Source of the DNA: Nageia nagi
Lineage: Eukaryota; Plantae; Pinophyta
Reading direction: 5' to 3'
DNA length: 64,000 nucleotides
NCBI GenBank assembly: GCA_050084985.1
Contig: JBITNC010000002.1
Coordinates: 37,820,001 to 37,884,000 of the forward strand
In this document: piece by piece, positions 35,633-49,911 of the stretch
Layout of the letters: every line of letters starts with the position of its first letter
How positions within the stretch are numbered: position 1 is the stretch's first letter
The notes under the pieces: model-generated
What the model was told of the DNA's origin: nothing
What the model saw: only the letters and a program-made list of their open reading frames with translations
Databases searched by the model: none
Program-made: the position numbers and the translations under genes

Positions 35633-37555
35633 TTTTTTCCCTCTTTGGATATGTAAATAAAAGTATTGAAATTGCATGATCCAAAGAAGTCTAGAGAAGA
35701 GAAAGATTTTCAATAGTAAAGCAGATTTCCCTATTTTGATCGATATGCCATGTATGGTATGTTGTTTGCTCCTTTTTGGTCTTGGTTTTCCCTAGCTCAT
35801 GCTGCATCGGGTAAGCAAGCCAAAAATAGGAGTCCCTTTATGAGGTGAGCGGTCTATGTCAATCCTACTCACAAGGACAATACCTGCATAACAAAGTAAC
35901 ATAATACCCGCATAGATCACATCCATGAAAGAATAAGCAATGTAAAGAGCAAAGATGAAATTAATATAATATGTATTATGTCACTATGGTCGATGCGACT
36001 CATAGTGCTATAAACCATGATGTATAGACTACTGTGATAGATAACTCATACTCTCTGAAGAGCAAGCACATGAGGTTCTCTTTAATGCCCCATGCTTGTA
36101 TCGATACTGATTATCAAGCTGATGAGAACTTTTAATGACTCAAGCTTGAGATAACCTGTAAAATGAGAGATTTGCTCATGGAATGACCATGGCTTAAAAA
36201 ATAATTGTCAATAACACAATGAACAATAACAATTATTTTCCATGATTATACCAAAATTTCAATTACTCGTTATCCTTGCAATTCAATACCTTATTTTGCA
36301 TAAATTTTCAAAGTGAATCCATGCCATTGGCAATGTGGTATGCCTAAAATTTTTCAATCATGTCTTCAACAATTGTGATCAATATCAATAAAGCATTATA
36401 TATGCACGAAATAATTGCATCAATAGGTAGATATTCAATGAAAATTCAATATGCCCCAATGACAAATGATTTATAGCAATTGCACGTCGCTGGTGGCGTA
36501 AGCTTTTTCATATGAAATGCACAAATTTGAAAGATATTCAATTGATGATCATCCATAGCATTTTACATCATGTCATAAGCAAAATATCATTGCCATTTGC
36601 CATAAAATTTTCAAGATAAACCATGAATAAGCAATATGTGACCATATATTCAATTTGTCTATGTAGTATGCATAAAATTGAATGATTCATCAGTTTGAAC
36701 CCTTAATAATATGTAAGCACAATGACCATTTGAAAGCATGCATAATTTTATCTTTTTCACATTGCTGGTAGTGCTCTAGTGGATGAATTGATTTTCAGGA
36801 AAAATAGTGCATCCAATTGACGATGAAATAATAATTTTCAAGTACACACCATTAAGAAATCATGCATATTTATGAAGATGAAAAATTGGCATATAGTTTT
36901 AATTAAATTGGATTTCAATAATAAAATTTCATCATTAGCAATAAGCCAATATTCAAGATATTCAACTAATATGATCCATGGCAATAAGAATTAGATAAGC
37001 ACATTTGAAATTTTTATCAATTTGACATAATCCATGTCGTTGGCGATGTCCATTTAATATAAATAAAGTTGAAAAATGCTAAATGAATAATTTGTAATCA
37101 AATATACACTATGAACTGGGCAAATGAACAATTTTACCATGTGTGATCGATAGGCGTTGAATTGCAAACCAATTTGATGAGAAGCACACCGCTAGCGATG
37201 TGAAAGCAGCAAAATTAGTTTTTGAAAAAGAAATCGTGGCCCTGTAAAATATTTTTAAACACAACGTGCATACAATAGCAATTTTACACCATATGAAGCT
37301 GACCTTCGGTATGCCCTAGGGTTTTGGAGGAAAGTGGGGTATGTAAAGGTAATTTAGTTGATTTTTATTTCATTTTATTTTCTCCTGTAGTTGTCTGAAG
37401 TGCTCTGGAAAACTTGTCTTGGTACTCTATGCTTCAATGTGCTCTATGTACTGCGTGCACCAATCAATCATTTTCCCCTAATGTTGACATTTCTCATTCT
37501 GTGCTATTCGACCCTTCCTTGTTCATTGCATGATTTACCTATCCAATCTCTTTAC

Positions 37556-39419
37556 ATGACAGATGACGATTGGAGAGGAGTTGGGAGACCGTCGACCTGA
37601 CAATGAGAACATATCATGAAATACCTTTGCACTCTTCCTTTTGAGCATATGGTATGTTCCTATTTTTTACCGATGTTGCTCTAGGCTGATTCCAATTTGT
37701 TTTATATTTTATTTCCTGCATGTTAGTCGATATTTTTGACCTTTTCAAATTGATTATTTTTCTTTGATTACAAATTGTGAGTGTAATGTTAATTTTCTTT
37801 GGCTTATGCCTTGCAGGAATGCAAGGTGTTAATTCGGGGTGGACTCATGTCCACAACAACTTTGGATAAGGCATGGACCTGGAAGAGAACCAACCACGAG
37901 GATGATATCCTCTCATGGTGTGGTTTGGTTGATTTGGTTATTGCTGGGCATATCCAACAAGATCTCCCACTTTTGATAGTGCTTGTAGAGCACTGGCAAC
38001 CAAATTGTAACACATTTCACCTTCCCCTAGATGAAATGATTGTTACACTTTTTATTACCATCAGAGGGTGGCTAGTACACTAGACTGAGGTAGCAGATAA
38101 CAACATGCGAGAGAAGCTAGTGCTATGGTTGATAGTGGAGGCATACCATGATTGGGAGCACCATGCGGCCAGATTGGCTGAGGTGTGCCGATTTGCTCAA
38201 TCGGGCAGACATTTGAGACTCCATATTGTGGCCATCATTTCCACTTATCTGTGTTAAGATAAGAGTAGTTCTTCCTTTCTTCTTAGCCTAGTTTGGATCG
38301 TGTAGGAGATTTGTGTGAGGGGAAAATAGTTTGCATGGGCTCCTTTTGTTTTGGCATAACTTTACCAAGACTTATATAATTTCGTGAGTGTTGACAAGTT
38401 CATCACGATGGTGCATGCAGGCTTGCTTCAGATATGGACCTATGAGAAGATTTTCATTATCAGGTTGATAGGACTATAAAGGGATCGAGAGGACCCAGGT
38501 GACATTGCATTGACTTGTTGGGTGTCAAGGGCCTGTGGGTACATATAGCCACTCGCTACAGGCCTAAAGGAGAGAGCTTGACAAGCTATAGGCAAAGGAC
38601 CTTGTATGGGTCTCCTATGCAGACTTTGTGTGGGATGATGATGCCCATCAGTTGGCATGGGTTCATCAAGACTGCTTCCTTCAAACTAGGAGGAAGGTGG
38701 TAAAACCATATCTACCTCATTAGGTATTGAGATAGTTTGGGATCCATCAAGGGATCCCATCAGTACCCACATGTTACTGGTGATACATGGCAGAGAGAGA
38801 TGCACCTATGAGATCACATGTTATTCCAGCTTGGAGATTCACTTGGGAGGAGCCCAGAGTTCATGATGTAGCTATCAATGTTTCGATGGCATTGGGGGTA
38901 GCATGCGGAGATGCTATATGGTGGCAGGGTATCCGTCTAACCGCATTGGGCATAAACGAGGATGAAGAGGAGGAGGAGGCGGTAGCTAGTGAGGGGTCCT
39001 CAGAGGATGACACCTACCAGGTTAATAATCTTATGCATGATATTCTTCTGTAAGAGGGGGGAGTGGTACCAGGATTGGCTACACTAGCTGAGGCCATGCC
39101 ACTAGTGGCACTAGGTAAAATACTAACCTTATACTTAATTTTACAAATTGACTATATGATTAGAGAACTAACAATGCAATCATTATCTACAAGAGAGGCT
39201 GACACATGGGTGGTAGCTCTTGAGGTCGAGATTGAGAAGCTGAAGCCTTTTCGAGTGACATGTGGCTGTTCTACAAGCCATAGTGACATCTCAGGATGCA
39301 TAGATTGCTACTTTGGAGTAATTTGTGAAGAGATTATAGGTGATGGTGCGCATGCTTCCATTGAACGAGCAATGGGATTTCATACAAAGCCTCAAGGATT
39401 AGATAGAGAGAAAGGATAG
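37556..39419 (+). pseudogene. Plant Mobile Domain (PMD, aminotransferase-like, MAIN/MAIL family) gene, decayed, antisense to gag
   Basis: LIVLVEHWQPNCNTFHLPLDEMIVTL (PMD hallmark LVERWRPETNTFHLPxGEMTVTL), FAWAPFVLA*LYQDL, LLQIWTYEKI, and an acidic C-terminal tract. Phase-0 GT-AG intron at 37652-37816. Confidence 0.8.
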
Positions 39420-40148
39420 TGATATTATGACACTCAAAGGCAAGTATGAGAGGGAAAAGACACTTTTGGGCACTCAAGGGATCAGTACCAGTGTTGTGTC
39501 AGGAAGAGTGTCTTTATCAGCAACGAGTGGGAGTAATTGTAGGGTTAGGTAGAGGATCGATGATACTCCTAGTAATGGCAGTAGTGCCCACCAGTAGCTT
39601 GGCTATGGAGTGAGTTCCACCTCATATATATTGATTTTTTCGATTTAAACTTTTTTTAATGTGTTTGTTTTTATTTGCATTATGAGTGAATGTGAATGAC
39701 TTATTTTATTATTGCACAATGTGTTTGAATTAAGCATGTAAGTTTACAAAGTACAATTTTCAATAACATACGTAATAAAGAATTTGTAAAATGAATTTAA
39801 ACCAATATCAATCCAAGTACACAATGTTAACCATGATTGAGTATAGGAAAAATATAATTAATAATGGAAGAAATAATTAATCCTCAATTTAAGCCCTAAG
39901 GTACAATAATAAATAATTGCAAGTTTTTTCTATTTAACGATGTTAAATTTTAGTGTTAGCCATTTTAATGAATCAGAAATGCAATGAGGACAAGTAAAAT
40001 GAAAAGGAGAAATTGAGAAACAATGAAGGGATAATTTCTCATGAAATGAAAAAGACAATATCCAAATGCATACAATGAACAACAAGTTAGAATGGTCGGT
40101 CCAATAAACAACCTACTTAATGTACATTATTGTTACAAGTTTCTCATT

Positions 40149-42495
40149 TTAAGCAATAACTTTGCGTATTTGGGATGATTTGACAACCCAAACACATTTT
40201 GTAGATGCAAGGATGAAGAGAGGCACCTTCTTTATTGCATTTTTCACGTCATGGATGGTGTGCAAACAATCGTGCACATCGTTAGCGACATCTCCTTGTG
40301 TTGCTTTTCCACCATTTTTAGTTCTGCATACATGTTTGTTAGCAAATTTATAATTCAAACAATGTGAAGTACTTACCATGCTGATGCAGCATTTTGGTTG
40401 TGAAGGGGGTAAAGGATTTTTGAACACCACTAACTATCCATTATCAAGATGCACAAGCCCATCATTTGTAACATTATTGTCCATCCTAATTGCCTTCTTA
40501 TCAATAAAATCTTGAATAATATTTCTTAGAACCTTGCAATTTCTTTTTAGGTGTGTTGGTGCCCTATGATAATTGTGAAATTCCTCATATCTAAAATTCT
40601 TAGGCACACCATTAGGAAATTTAGGCTCAACAATAGGTGGAAGCTCAATAAGATCTTATTTTATCAACACATTAAGAAATATTGTCAACAAATCAATCAA
40701 CTTTGTGAATTTCCTTTGGGGTTTATTATTATTATTTTTCTTTTTATCAACATGATTCACTTCAATTTTTTTATTTTCTTCAAGAGTTTTGACTTTCTTT
40801 TCATATGTTTGAGGTTTGTTATTACACAAACCATAAAGTTTCTTAATACAAGCCTATGTTTTAAACAAAACATCCATCATTTCTCCCAATGTCATATCAC
40901 GATTAGAAATAACTAACAACTTATACACAGGTAATAAAGCATTTGCAGATGTATATTTCAAATATTGCTCAAGCATAGTAATCTTATTAGCACTTTATTT
41001 CCATATTTTCACAAAGTCAACCAAAGATTGGTTAGGCAATTGCTTAATTTTACACAAACCTTTGAATTGAACCTTTTCAGCAATGTTGTGTTGAAAGTAT
41101 TGCAAAAATTGATGTATCATATCTTCATATCTATCAATGCTTTTTTCAGAAAGAAGGAAGTACCATTTCAATGTATCATATTTCAAACTATGTGAAATAA
41201 TTTAATAAGCAAATATTTATCATGCATATATTTCATTGCTTCTTCTTGAAATTTTCTAACATGCATCTTAGGATCTTGCAAACCATCAAACTTTGTGAAT
41301 TTAATATTCTTTTTCCTAGTAAGCATTTTAGAAATAATTCTATCAGTTAAAGGTCTTCTCAAACAAAATAAGAAATCATCTTCATCACCACTAAGCAATT
41401 CCTTTTCCAATTTCTTTATCCTTTCTTTAGTTGTATTAACAATGTTTGAAATTACAGGGGTTTGATTTAGAATATTGACTATTGGGGATGGTGGAGGCAT
41501 TTGATGTGGAACATTTGCATTTCTAAGTTCATTTTCTTTAAGTGAAATGAATGTTCTAATTCTATTTACCCTTTCATGTTCAAGTTTATTAAACAATTTT
41601 ACCATAAATTCTAATTGTTTCTCATAATGATAAGTATGAAAGGATATGTTTTCTTGAGTATTATGAAGGAATCCAATTTTAATAATATGATCCTATAGTG
41701 ACCGATCAGGATTATGCTTATAAGCATTGTTAACAAGATTAACAATTTATTCTCTAAGCTTAAAATCAAGATCTTTGTTTTATAAAGTGGCATTACCTTT
41801 ATAAAGTGTACCTATTTTGAAGTGGTTTAATTTTAGGATCAAATATTTGTACTCTTCATCTTCACTTTTTGTATCATCATCCTCAACATTTTTCTCATTC
41901 GGGGGCTTTGAAACATCTTCATTCACTTCAAGAGGAGGTTTCATCTCAACTCCATTTATGTTGATAACGACATATTAACAGGTTGGCATGCCATTAGCGT
42001 CGTCTTGGTTAATAGTAAAAACCCTTCATCTTATCGAATCTGCATTCTCATAAGAAAAAAATTATCCGATGATTGCAAAGCTGCAAAGTCCTCTTCTATC
42101 AACTCATAATTGGTTATAATATCAATAACAGTTACAACATTATGAGTAAGAAAATATTCCAACTTTTCTCTGTCAGATAGCAATTCCTTAATAGATCTAA
42201 CATGGTTAGAAATCCTATTTAATTTTTTAATTTTAGTATTACTATCAAAAGTATTATCATGATTATTCAAGCTCATATTTTCAAGTTAAAAATGATCAAT
42301 ATTTATGGTAAACCTATTAGGAGTTTCATCAATAATATCCATTTTCTTGCTAGAGCTTGTGGACTCTGTATCACTATGAGCATCAGGATAAGGCTTGTGT
42401 ATAGGTAAATAAATGTTATCTTTAACATTTCTTTGGATATCATTGAAATGAACCTTACCCTTAGAGAACTTAGGTTGTTCTACATTTAAATCCAT
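40149..42495 (-). pseudogene. Decayed Ty3/gypsy gag
   Basis: ORF fragments KFTKFDGLQDPKMHVRKFQEE, LKWYFLLSEKSIDRYEDMIHQFL..F and IKQLPNQSLVDFVKIW (retrotransposon gag domain). Confidence 0.8.
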
Positions 42496-42643
42496 TTTGA
42501 AAACATAGGTAGAACAAACCTTAGTTTTATCATTTTCTCTATCTACTATTCAAAGAGCTTTAGGTAGAGGGATGAATAATAGCCAAAATGGATTCATGAA
42601 TTTTTAGAAAGGATACCCTAGATTGAGATCTAGGTGTGTAAGA

Positions 42644-42658
42644 ATGTCGAGTTCACCA
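42644..42658 (-). other. Primer binding site resembling the complement of the tRNA-Trp 3' end
   Basis: Minus strand TGGTGAACTCGACAT, 3 nt from the 5' LTR; the plant tRNA-Trp 3' end as I recall it is ...ACGTCGGGTTCACCA (2 transitions). Confidence 0.65.
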
Positions 42659-42661
42659 AAA

Positions 42662-43398
42662 TATAGACCTCAAAATCTGCAATTATTAATTAGCACAAAT
42701 AAATAAATGGTCTACAAATATATAATGATAATACAATGATATGCTTTATATCAGATTACAACAAATATACATGAAATACATAAACTTGATACAAAGTGAT
42801 CAAGTAGCAAATATGTGAGCAATATCCAAATTAGATCAATAATGAATATTCATAGGATTAGGATCGAACTTCATATGAACTTGCAATAAATATTCACAAG
42901 AGTGAAGTAATGAGTTATTCTTTGAAATCTGGACCTCCTAATCTAGAAGGTTCACACCGTTGGTTGCATGAGAGCGGTATGTCATTGGTTGCGTGGAGTT
43001 GGATGTTTTGTGTCACATGAAAAAGGGAGAGAGTTCAAAGCTCAAAGTATAACGAATTTATCAAAATAGGTGCCATCAAGAGATACCATAAGTTTGATGT
43101 TTTGGACAACCACCTATCAGAGAGATCTGATAGGGATGTCAACCTCCAACTCTCTTATTTATAACTTGCAAGGAAATAGAAAGGAGTGAAAGCTCACATA
43201 GCTATAACACTAATATTTTCTATATTCAAGATAATTTAAAATATAAACCATGGTATATGATATTGCATTGGTCCTAACACATGGTATTGTAATGTAATAA
43301 CCATTTTATCTTGATTTATGTATTATTACCATTTAATGAAGTAATGAGTGTATATATGATTTATTAAATAAACAATAAATCATTTTTAGGCATCTACA
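42662..43398 (-). repeat. 5' LTR of gypsy element
   Basis: TATAGACCTC...CATCTACA, homologous to 34910-35632. Confidence 0.9.
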
Positions 43399-43785
43399 TA
43401 CTACATCTCATTCTAGTTGCGTTTCATGAAAAAAACTCAAAATTAATGGTGTCCACGTCGTTGCAAAAAAAATAAAAGTAAAAAATAAAAATAGGATAGG
43501 TGTCATGATCAAAATTGAAATAAGGTGAATTTAGTTTCAGCTGGGGGCAAATTTAGTTTTAGCTAGGGGCAAAAAAGAAATAAAAAATTAGAGTCAAAAG
43601 ACAATTCACAATTCAGAATTAGAAATAGAAAAAAATTCAATTTTAGAATGTCAAAAATCAAGGTTTAGATTATCAATAGAGGGGCATTCATGCCTTTGCA
43701 GAATGATATTCACAATGTTAGCATCATGCAAATCAACTCAAAGTAGCCCATTTTAGGGGCACATAGGTAAGTACAGGTATAATAT

Positions 43786-44700
43786 TGTTGGAATGTATAA
43801 TGCATTATTTTAAAGGTTATGTAATAATCTTCTATGTAAGTTCACTAATACTTAAGGGTATCATTTGATACCTTAAGTATTTAAGTGAATATAATAATGT
43901 AACTTGTCCTACACTCCATGTCATGAGCATGCCCCTTGGGTAAAAGGATGTGCATGTCATGCTTTTGTACATTGGATAAAAGGGTGATCCAAAGAGGGAT
44001 TTTTGGCCTATAAATAGAAGGCTCCTTCTTTGTGATTACAAACCAATTGTGGCGTAAAGTTATGCTATAGGAGAGAGCATACGAGTTGAGATTAGAAGAA
44101 TTGTAAGAGATTCATGTTTGTGAATGAAGTGAGATCTAGTTAGTGGATGTACTTCTAGTTGGAGGAACCACTTACATCTTGTGTCACTTTGTGAGATTAT
44201 CTTCTTAAGTTATCTTGATTTTAGTATGAGATTTCATGTGATCTTAGAAGTTTAGAGTTGTTTAGTTTATAGTTCAACTCTCTCTATTGATATCAAAGCT
44301 TGGTGTGGAAGCTCTTCTTCAACATCTTGGAGGTCTTCATTCCTCATCTTACACTCCATTGTTGAGGTAAAATCAAGAGAAGGTATAAATTCCTTCCTTC
44401 TTAGTTATTTGTTGGATTACTAATTTATGATACTAACATATATGTTATATGCTAGTTCATTTTTTTTTTCCAAAATATATTTTTTAAATAGCAATATAAT
44501 GCGATTGTTGTTTATATTAACATTTTCTATGTTGCAATTTTTTGTTTGCAAAAATTGCTCTATATATATTGCTATAATGTTTTAAAAAAATATGGCTAAC
44601 AAAAATAATGTTTTAAGTGTGTAGATGTTGTTGATTGTTAATAAATTTATTTTGAATTGTTATTATAATATCATAACATAGTGTGATTAAACATTTAAGA
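43786..44700 (+). mobile_element. Truncated relative of the intact copia: LTR (43786-44286), degenerate PBS and start of leader
   Basis: TGTTGGAAT start, shared U3 hairpin, CTATAAATAG, GTGGATGTACT...GGAGGAACCAC, PBS TGATATCAAAGC at 44288, then a leader homologous to 11757-12050. Right end approximate. Confidence 0.8.
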
Positions 44701-46489
44701 TATTGGTAAAAAAACTTATAAAGTATGTTAATGGGATTTTTCCATTGATGAAGAGAAATTTAATTCCTTCAATTTAGTATTGTCAAAATGCATACTATAC
44801 ACTTTCAAGATTGAATAGTAAGCCAAACTTGATGCGAGTCCTCTAAAGGTAATGATAAAGTTAGACATAAACAATAATAATAGTCTAAATATAAGAAATA
44901 ATAAATAACTCTAATTCACCATGTAATGTAATCTCAAACTTAGGATTAATCCTTTAAGACACCTTCATTTGAGATGTTCCCTCACTTAAGTGAGTTTGAT
45001 CTCTGCATGGGATGAGAATATATATAATCATGAAGAAATATATCAAACCTACCCATAATTATAATTTTGTTGAGTCATTTAGAAGCACTACCACATGCAT
45101 GCATTCATATCATGAGCATAAGTGTTTATTATATATTTATCAAGTAGACAATCTCAATTGCTTAAATGTTTGTTCAAGTGATTTATCTTGAGAAGTCAAA
45201 TAAATTCAGTTATCATTATCAACTCATAATGAATTATCATCCTATATTAACCCTTGGTTGCATTGACATAATAATATTTTAACACCCTCTTAAGATAATA
45301 AAATGGTATTGTTGTTGGGCCTTGATATGGTGATGGTCTCTCATGTTGCTCTATTGAGTACCAAATTGATCTTGTTTGTATTTCAACATTATTAAATGAT
45401 CCACTCTATTGTAGATCAATATGGAAGAGTGATGATATTTATTGTAATATCTCAAAGTATATCACTAACTCCTTTTCTTATGATAGCTTCATTATCCTTA
45501 ATCTCAAAAAAATATAAATTATCATAACATAAATAATTTAAAATTTGATTTTAATGTCTATAAGTGACCAAACAATGGTTAATAATTATGTAGAAAAACA
45601 TATATAAGAAGAGCAAGGGAACACCTAGAGTATCTTCAATGTATAATAGTAAGAAGTACATAAAAAAGAGTATCAAAGATAATAGGTCTAAGTGAAATAG
45701 AAAGTTTACATATGGAAATTCAAGGGGCTTCTTCAATATTTGAGGTCAGAAAGAATCTCATGGTGTTGTAACTAGAGGAAGTAACCCTAGTTGGTTTATT
45801 AGTAATGTGCAATTGAGTAATCCTTCTAGAGTATTCAAGGTTCATGTGACACTTCCAATTTATAATTTCTTATGATTATAAATAAGATATGATAAGTTTG
45901 GAACTTATTATGTTGTTGTATCTATTAGTGATCACTTTCTGGATGGGTGGGTGGCTTCTCTAATATAGAGTACGAAATATTTTTGTTCTTTGTAATTCTC
46001 CATTGTTTCAAAGTATGGACACCATTGAATAAGAAATGGAACTGATCTTGAATTTCATAGTATATGGGCAAATGAATATGAATTTCTCTTTAGTTTCTTG
46101 CTCCATGCTGCATAGTTTGTATATATGATGGTCTCTAGGGATATCATGGTCTATCTCGATAAGGATTTGGTATGAGAAAACCCTTATCTATCCAAGAGGG
46201 AAAAAGATATAATGTGATATATGTATTTTAATGTGATTAGGGTTGATAACACACCATTTTTAAGTTTCATGTAAATTTTAAGATAATATAAAAGATTTGA
46301 TATTGATATTTGAAGTCAACTCCAAGGTTCATAAAACTTGATGAAGATTGAAATGAAGTCAAGATACTTGTTGTGCCTATCAATGAGATAAACAATGAAA
46401 TAAGGCATCTTTGAGAGGATATTTATACCCTTTGATTTGATAAATTTACTAACAATATACATGCACCTAAAATAAACATCCTAATATCC

Positions 46490-47000
46490 TTCACCATTTC
46501 CTTTCTTATCTTCTATTTGGATGAAATGATCGTATATTGTAAGAATTAAAAGGAAAATCCATAACATATTGAGCAAGTGTCGGATATATTTTGTCACCAT
46601 AATTTATAGGCTAACATAGGTAGACATTCCTTTAGCACCATGTAATTTAACACTTGAGTTTGATTTTCAACCTTTAGGGATTACATATCAATTTATAGAA
46701 TATCAAAGTTATTCAAGATTGATAGTTTCATAGTACTTTTTAATTTGTATTATCAATTTATGCCACAACCATAATATAAAATTATTTCTGTATGCCTAGA
46801 AAGAATAGTATAAGGACCTAATTATACATCAAGACCTTGATTTCCTAGATAACCATTCAAATATTTGTGGGCTTATGATGTTATGGTAATGGATGATTTT
46901 TTAAACCTTCAAACTGGAATAAAATGGGATTAGTAAATTTAGTTTACACCTACCTTTGACACCCTAAGTTAGGGATTGGTCAAGCTCTTAGGAACCATTC
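46490..47000 (+). mobile_element. Highly decayed Ty3/gypsy RT fragment
   Basis: FLIFYLDEMIVYCKN*KENP*HIEQV resembles FVIVYLDDILVYS...HL.HL..V. Confidence 0.5.
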
Positions 47001-49911
47001 AAGGTTTTGGAAACAAATGAAAATATGCATTAACTAAAATAGAATATATATAACCAAAAAATAAATTACAACCATTAAATATGTGTTACTTTTTGATTGG
47101 ATCCAAATTATGTACTATGATTTTGGGATTCTATACTACTTCAAAAATCATTTTAACAGTAATAAATCCACATGAAAATTATTTTCCAAGGAATTATTCC
47201 ATAGGAAAATAATCATTTGAGAAAGATTTCTATATCTTTTATGATTTTTAAATTCTAATTTTTGTATGCACTTCACAATGTTGTAAAAAAACCTTCCCTA
47301 TGAATTTCAAAGAATTTGGACATTAGATGATGCACTTGCACATAAAAACTCAAATATGTATTCCAATAAAATGTTAGATGATAATCATAGATGTAGGGAG
47401 GATGAAATATTGATTAAGATTATTGATTACATTTTAGAAACATCTCCTATGATTTTTAGCTTTAGAAAAAATGACAATGATAATTTCTATATTCTTAAGT
47501 GCAAGGTAATAACATGAGGGAAACTATAAGTTAGAATAAATTACATCCTCTACAGAGAAGGAGATCTCTCTTATTTATAGATGAATTTTTGGACTGCTTA
47601 GGTTTGGGGGGATCTACTTACTTATATTCATGGGATTAGAAAACATGTGTGAATCTTTATGAGGCTCTATGAATATTAATAGAGGTTCATATTAATATAG
47701 GAACAGGGTGATTGAGTGAGTGAGTAGTAGGTGATGTTAGTATTAATTAGGATTTGGAGAGATTAACTCATATATGTGAAACTTTATAACATAAATGGAA
47801 TATGGGGTTAGAAGGTTATTAAGAATGCATTAAAGTGAATTAGAGAACTATTATAATGGAGTTTAGGGTTAATCAATATATGGATGATATTATGCATTTA
47901 ATGGAGGTCTAGATTAAGGAATGGTTAAGGTGGTGAGAAGATAATTAGGTTGATAAATTGGGTTTTGGGATTTACAAGATATTATGGGGATTTGTAACTA
48001 CATATGTGAGGATTTGACATTAATGGAGGATAGGATTAGGATATGATTATGGATGATTTAAGGTAAGAATATGGTAATTAGGAGAAATTTTTAGGTAAAT
48101 GAATATTTAAAGTATATTTACGTAGAAAAAATGATGAACTTGTATTTAATTGCATGGGGATTTATGAGTTTTGTAGGATTTTATTCAAAACTAGGTATTT
48201 AGTTATGCATGGACATGTAGGATGGTGACTAGGCATGCAAGTTGATGATTATATACCATTTATCATTATTTAAATTCTTGACATTTATGGTTAAGGTTAG
48301 GCATACGAGTTACATGAGAAATATGGGCATGATTTAGATGTTAGGATAACATATTAAATAAAGTATTAATGGATTAAAGGGTGTAGACTCTTAATGATTA
48401 CATTTTTCTGCTTTTAGTGTTATGTTATGGGAATTAAATGTAGTACAAAAAACCTTAAAGATATGCAATATTTATTGAATTTGAATTTTGATTGACACCT
48501 TAAACTTAATAATTTGATGGCTCAAACTTGATAATTTGAATTTGAATTTTGATTAGTGATGATGATTATTTTGAGAGCTTATAAGACATAATGATATGGA
48601 CTTAAATGGCCATAGTAATTGATGAGTCCTATTTTTGATCTCATAAATGAGCATTAAAGAGCTTTATTTGCAACATTATGAGTTTGTATTATGATTTTTA
48701 CTTGCATTATTGATGTGATGTGAATAGTGAATAAAGGAGTAATTAAGGACTCAAGAATTACTATTGAGAACTTAATTAACTCCAAAATAAAACATAAAGG
48801 ATAAAGAAGTCTAAGGTTATTACATTATAGTTTATATATTCTGCTATAGGAATCTACTACAAGAGCATATACAATTTACTTCAGGAGTGTTTACAACTAG
48901 TTATAGGAATGTATGCAAAAATATTGATTACAAGAATGTCTGTAGATATAGTTATTATAGGAAAAATTGTATAATGTAGTGATTACAAAAGCGATTGTAG
49001 AATACAATCAATTATAGGAACATGTCTACAGGAGTAGATTCAAGAAAAATCAAACTCAGCCAACTAAAAGCATTCACCCAACTACAAGGTCATCTATGGA
49101 ATTAATTATGGACTCAATATTCTTTTTGCTATTTTATAATAAGTGCATTTATGGGTTATCATAACCATAAAATATATTCTTTCTTGGAATTAGACACCAA
49201 GAATCTTGGATGGTTATTGACTACAACCATATGCCTTGATTTTAGGGTCTTAGAGATTTATTTAGTATTTGGGATAACCAATAATAGGGTAATAATAGAA
49301 GTAGTTATATTTTAGAATAAAATATACTCTTTTTTCCCATATGTGAAGAATAGGAGAATAAGGAGGAAGAAGAGAAGGAGAAGAAGGAGGATGTAAGAGT
49401 GGAATGTATTATGTACTCTGTTTCTAAAATGAAATTACTTGTATCTCCATTTGTTCTAGTTCTTTCTTGAATTATTGGAAAGGGGATGGTGATCTCCTCT
49501 TAATGTAACAAGGACAGATCCATCACTCGTTAGCTAGATATAGAGTACTATTTATTTTATATAATTTTATACTTTTTGTAGAATTGGATCTCTTTGTAAA
49601 TAGGTGTATACAACACAAGCTTTAGCATAAAATCTCTACGATCTCAAATTGACATTAGAAGGAGTTTCTCTCTTAATGAAAGGTGCAAAATTGGAATCTT
49701 AGCATATTTATCATTCCTAAGAGTTAGGAAAGCTTAAAGGTACACCCTAAAAATTCCCATCATTTTGGCACTATTTTCAAAGAAACTAGGGCACAATTTA
49801 TAGTTTGATTTTTGGTTGAGGGACTGTAGATAAGAAATAATATTGGGGGATATTGCACACATGTCTAGTTTCTCTAATAAAATCTGATCTAAATCTAACT
49901 TGAGTTGAATG

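Larger units (their letters stand above)
34910..43398 (-). mobile_element. Old non-autonomous Ty3/gypsy (Tat/Ogre-like) element: gag plus antisense PMD gene, no visible pol
   Basis: Diverged LTR pair 34910-35632 and 42662-43398; TSD TACTG/TACTA; minus-strand PPT at ~35633-35646; PBS at 42644-42658. Confidence 0.9.

Noticed and set aside
47390-48600. Additional LTR
   Set aside because: Composition is LTR-like, but no partner copy, PBS, PPT or TSD could be found.
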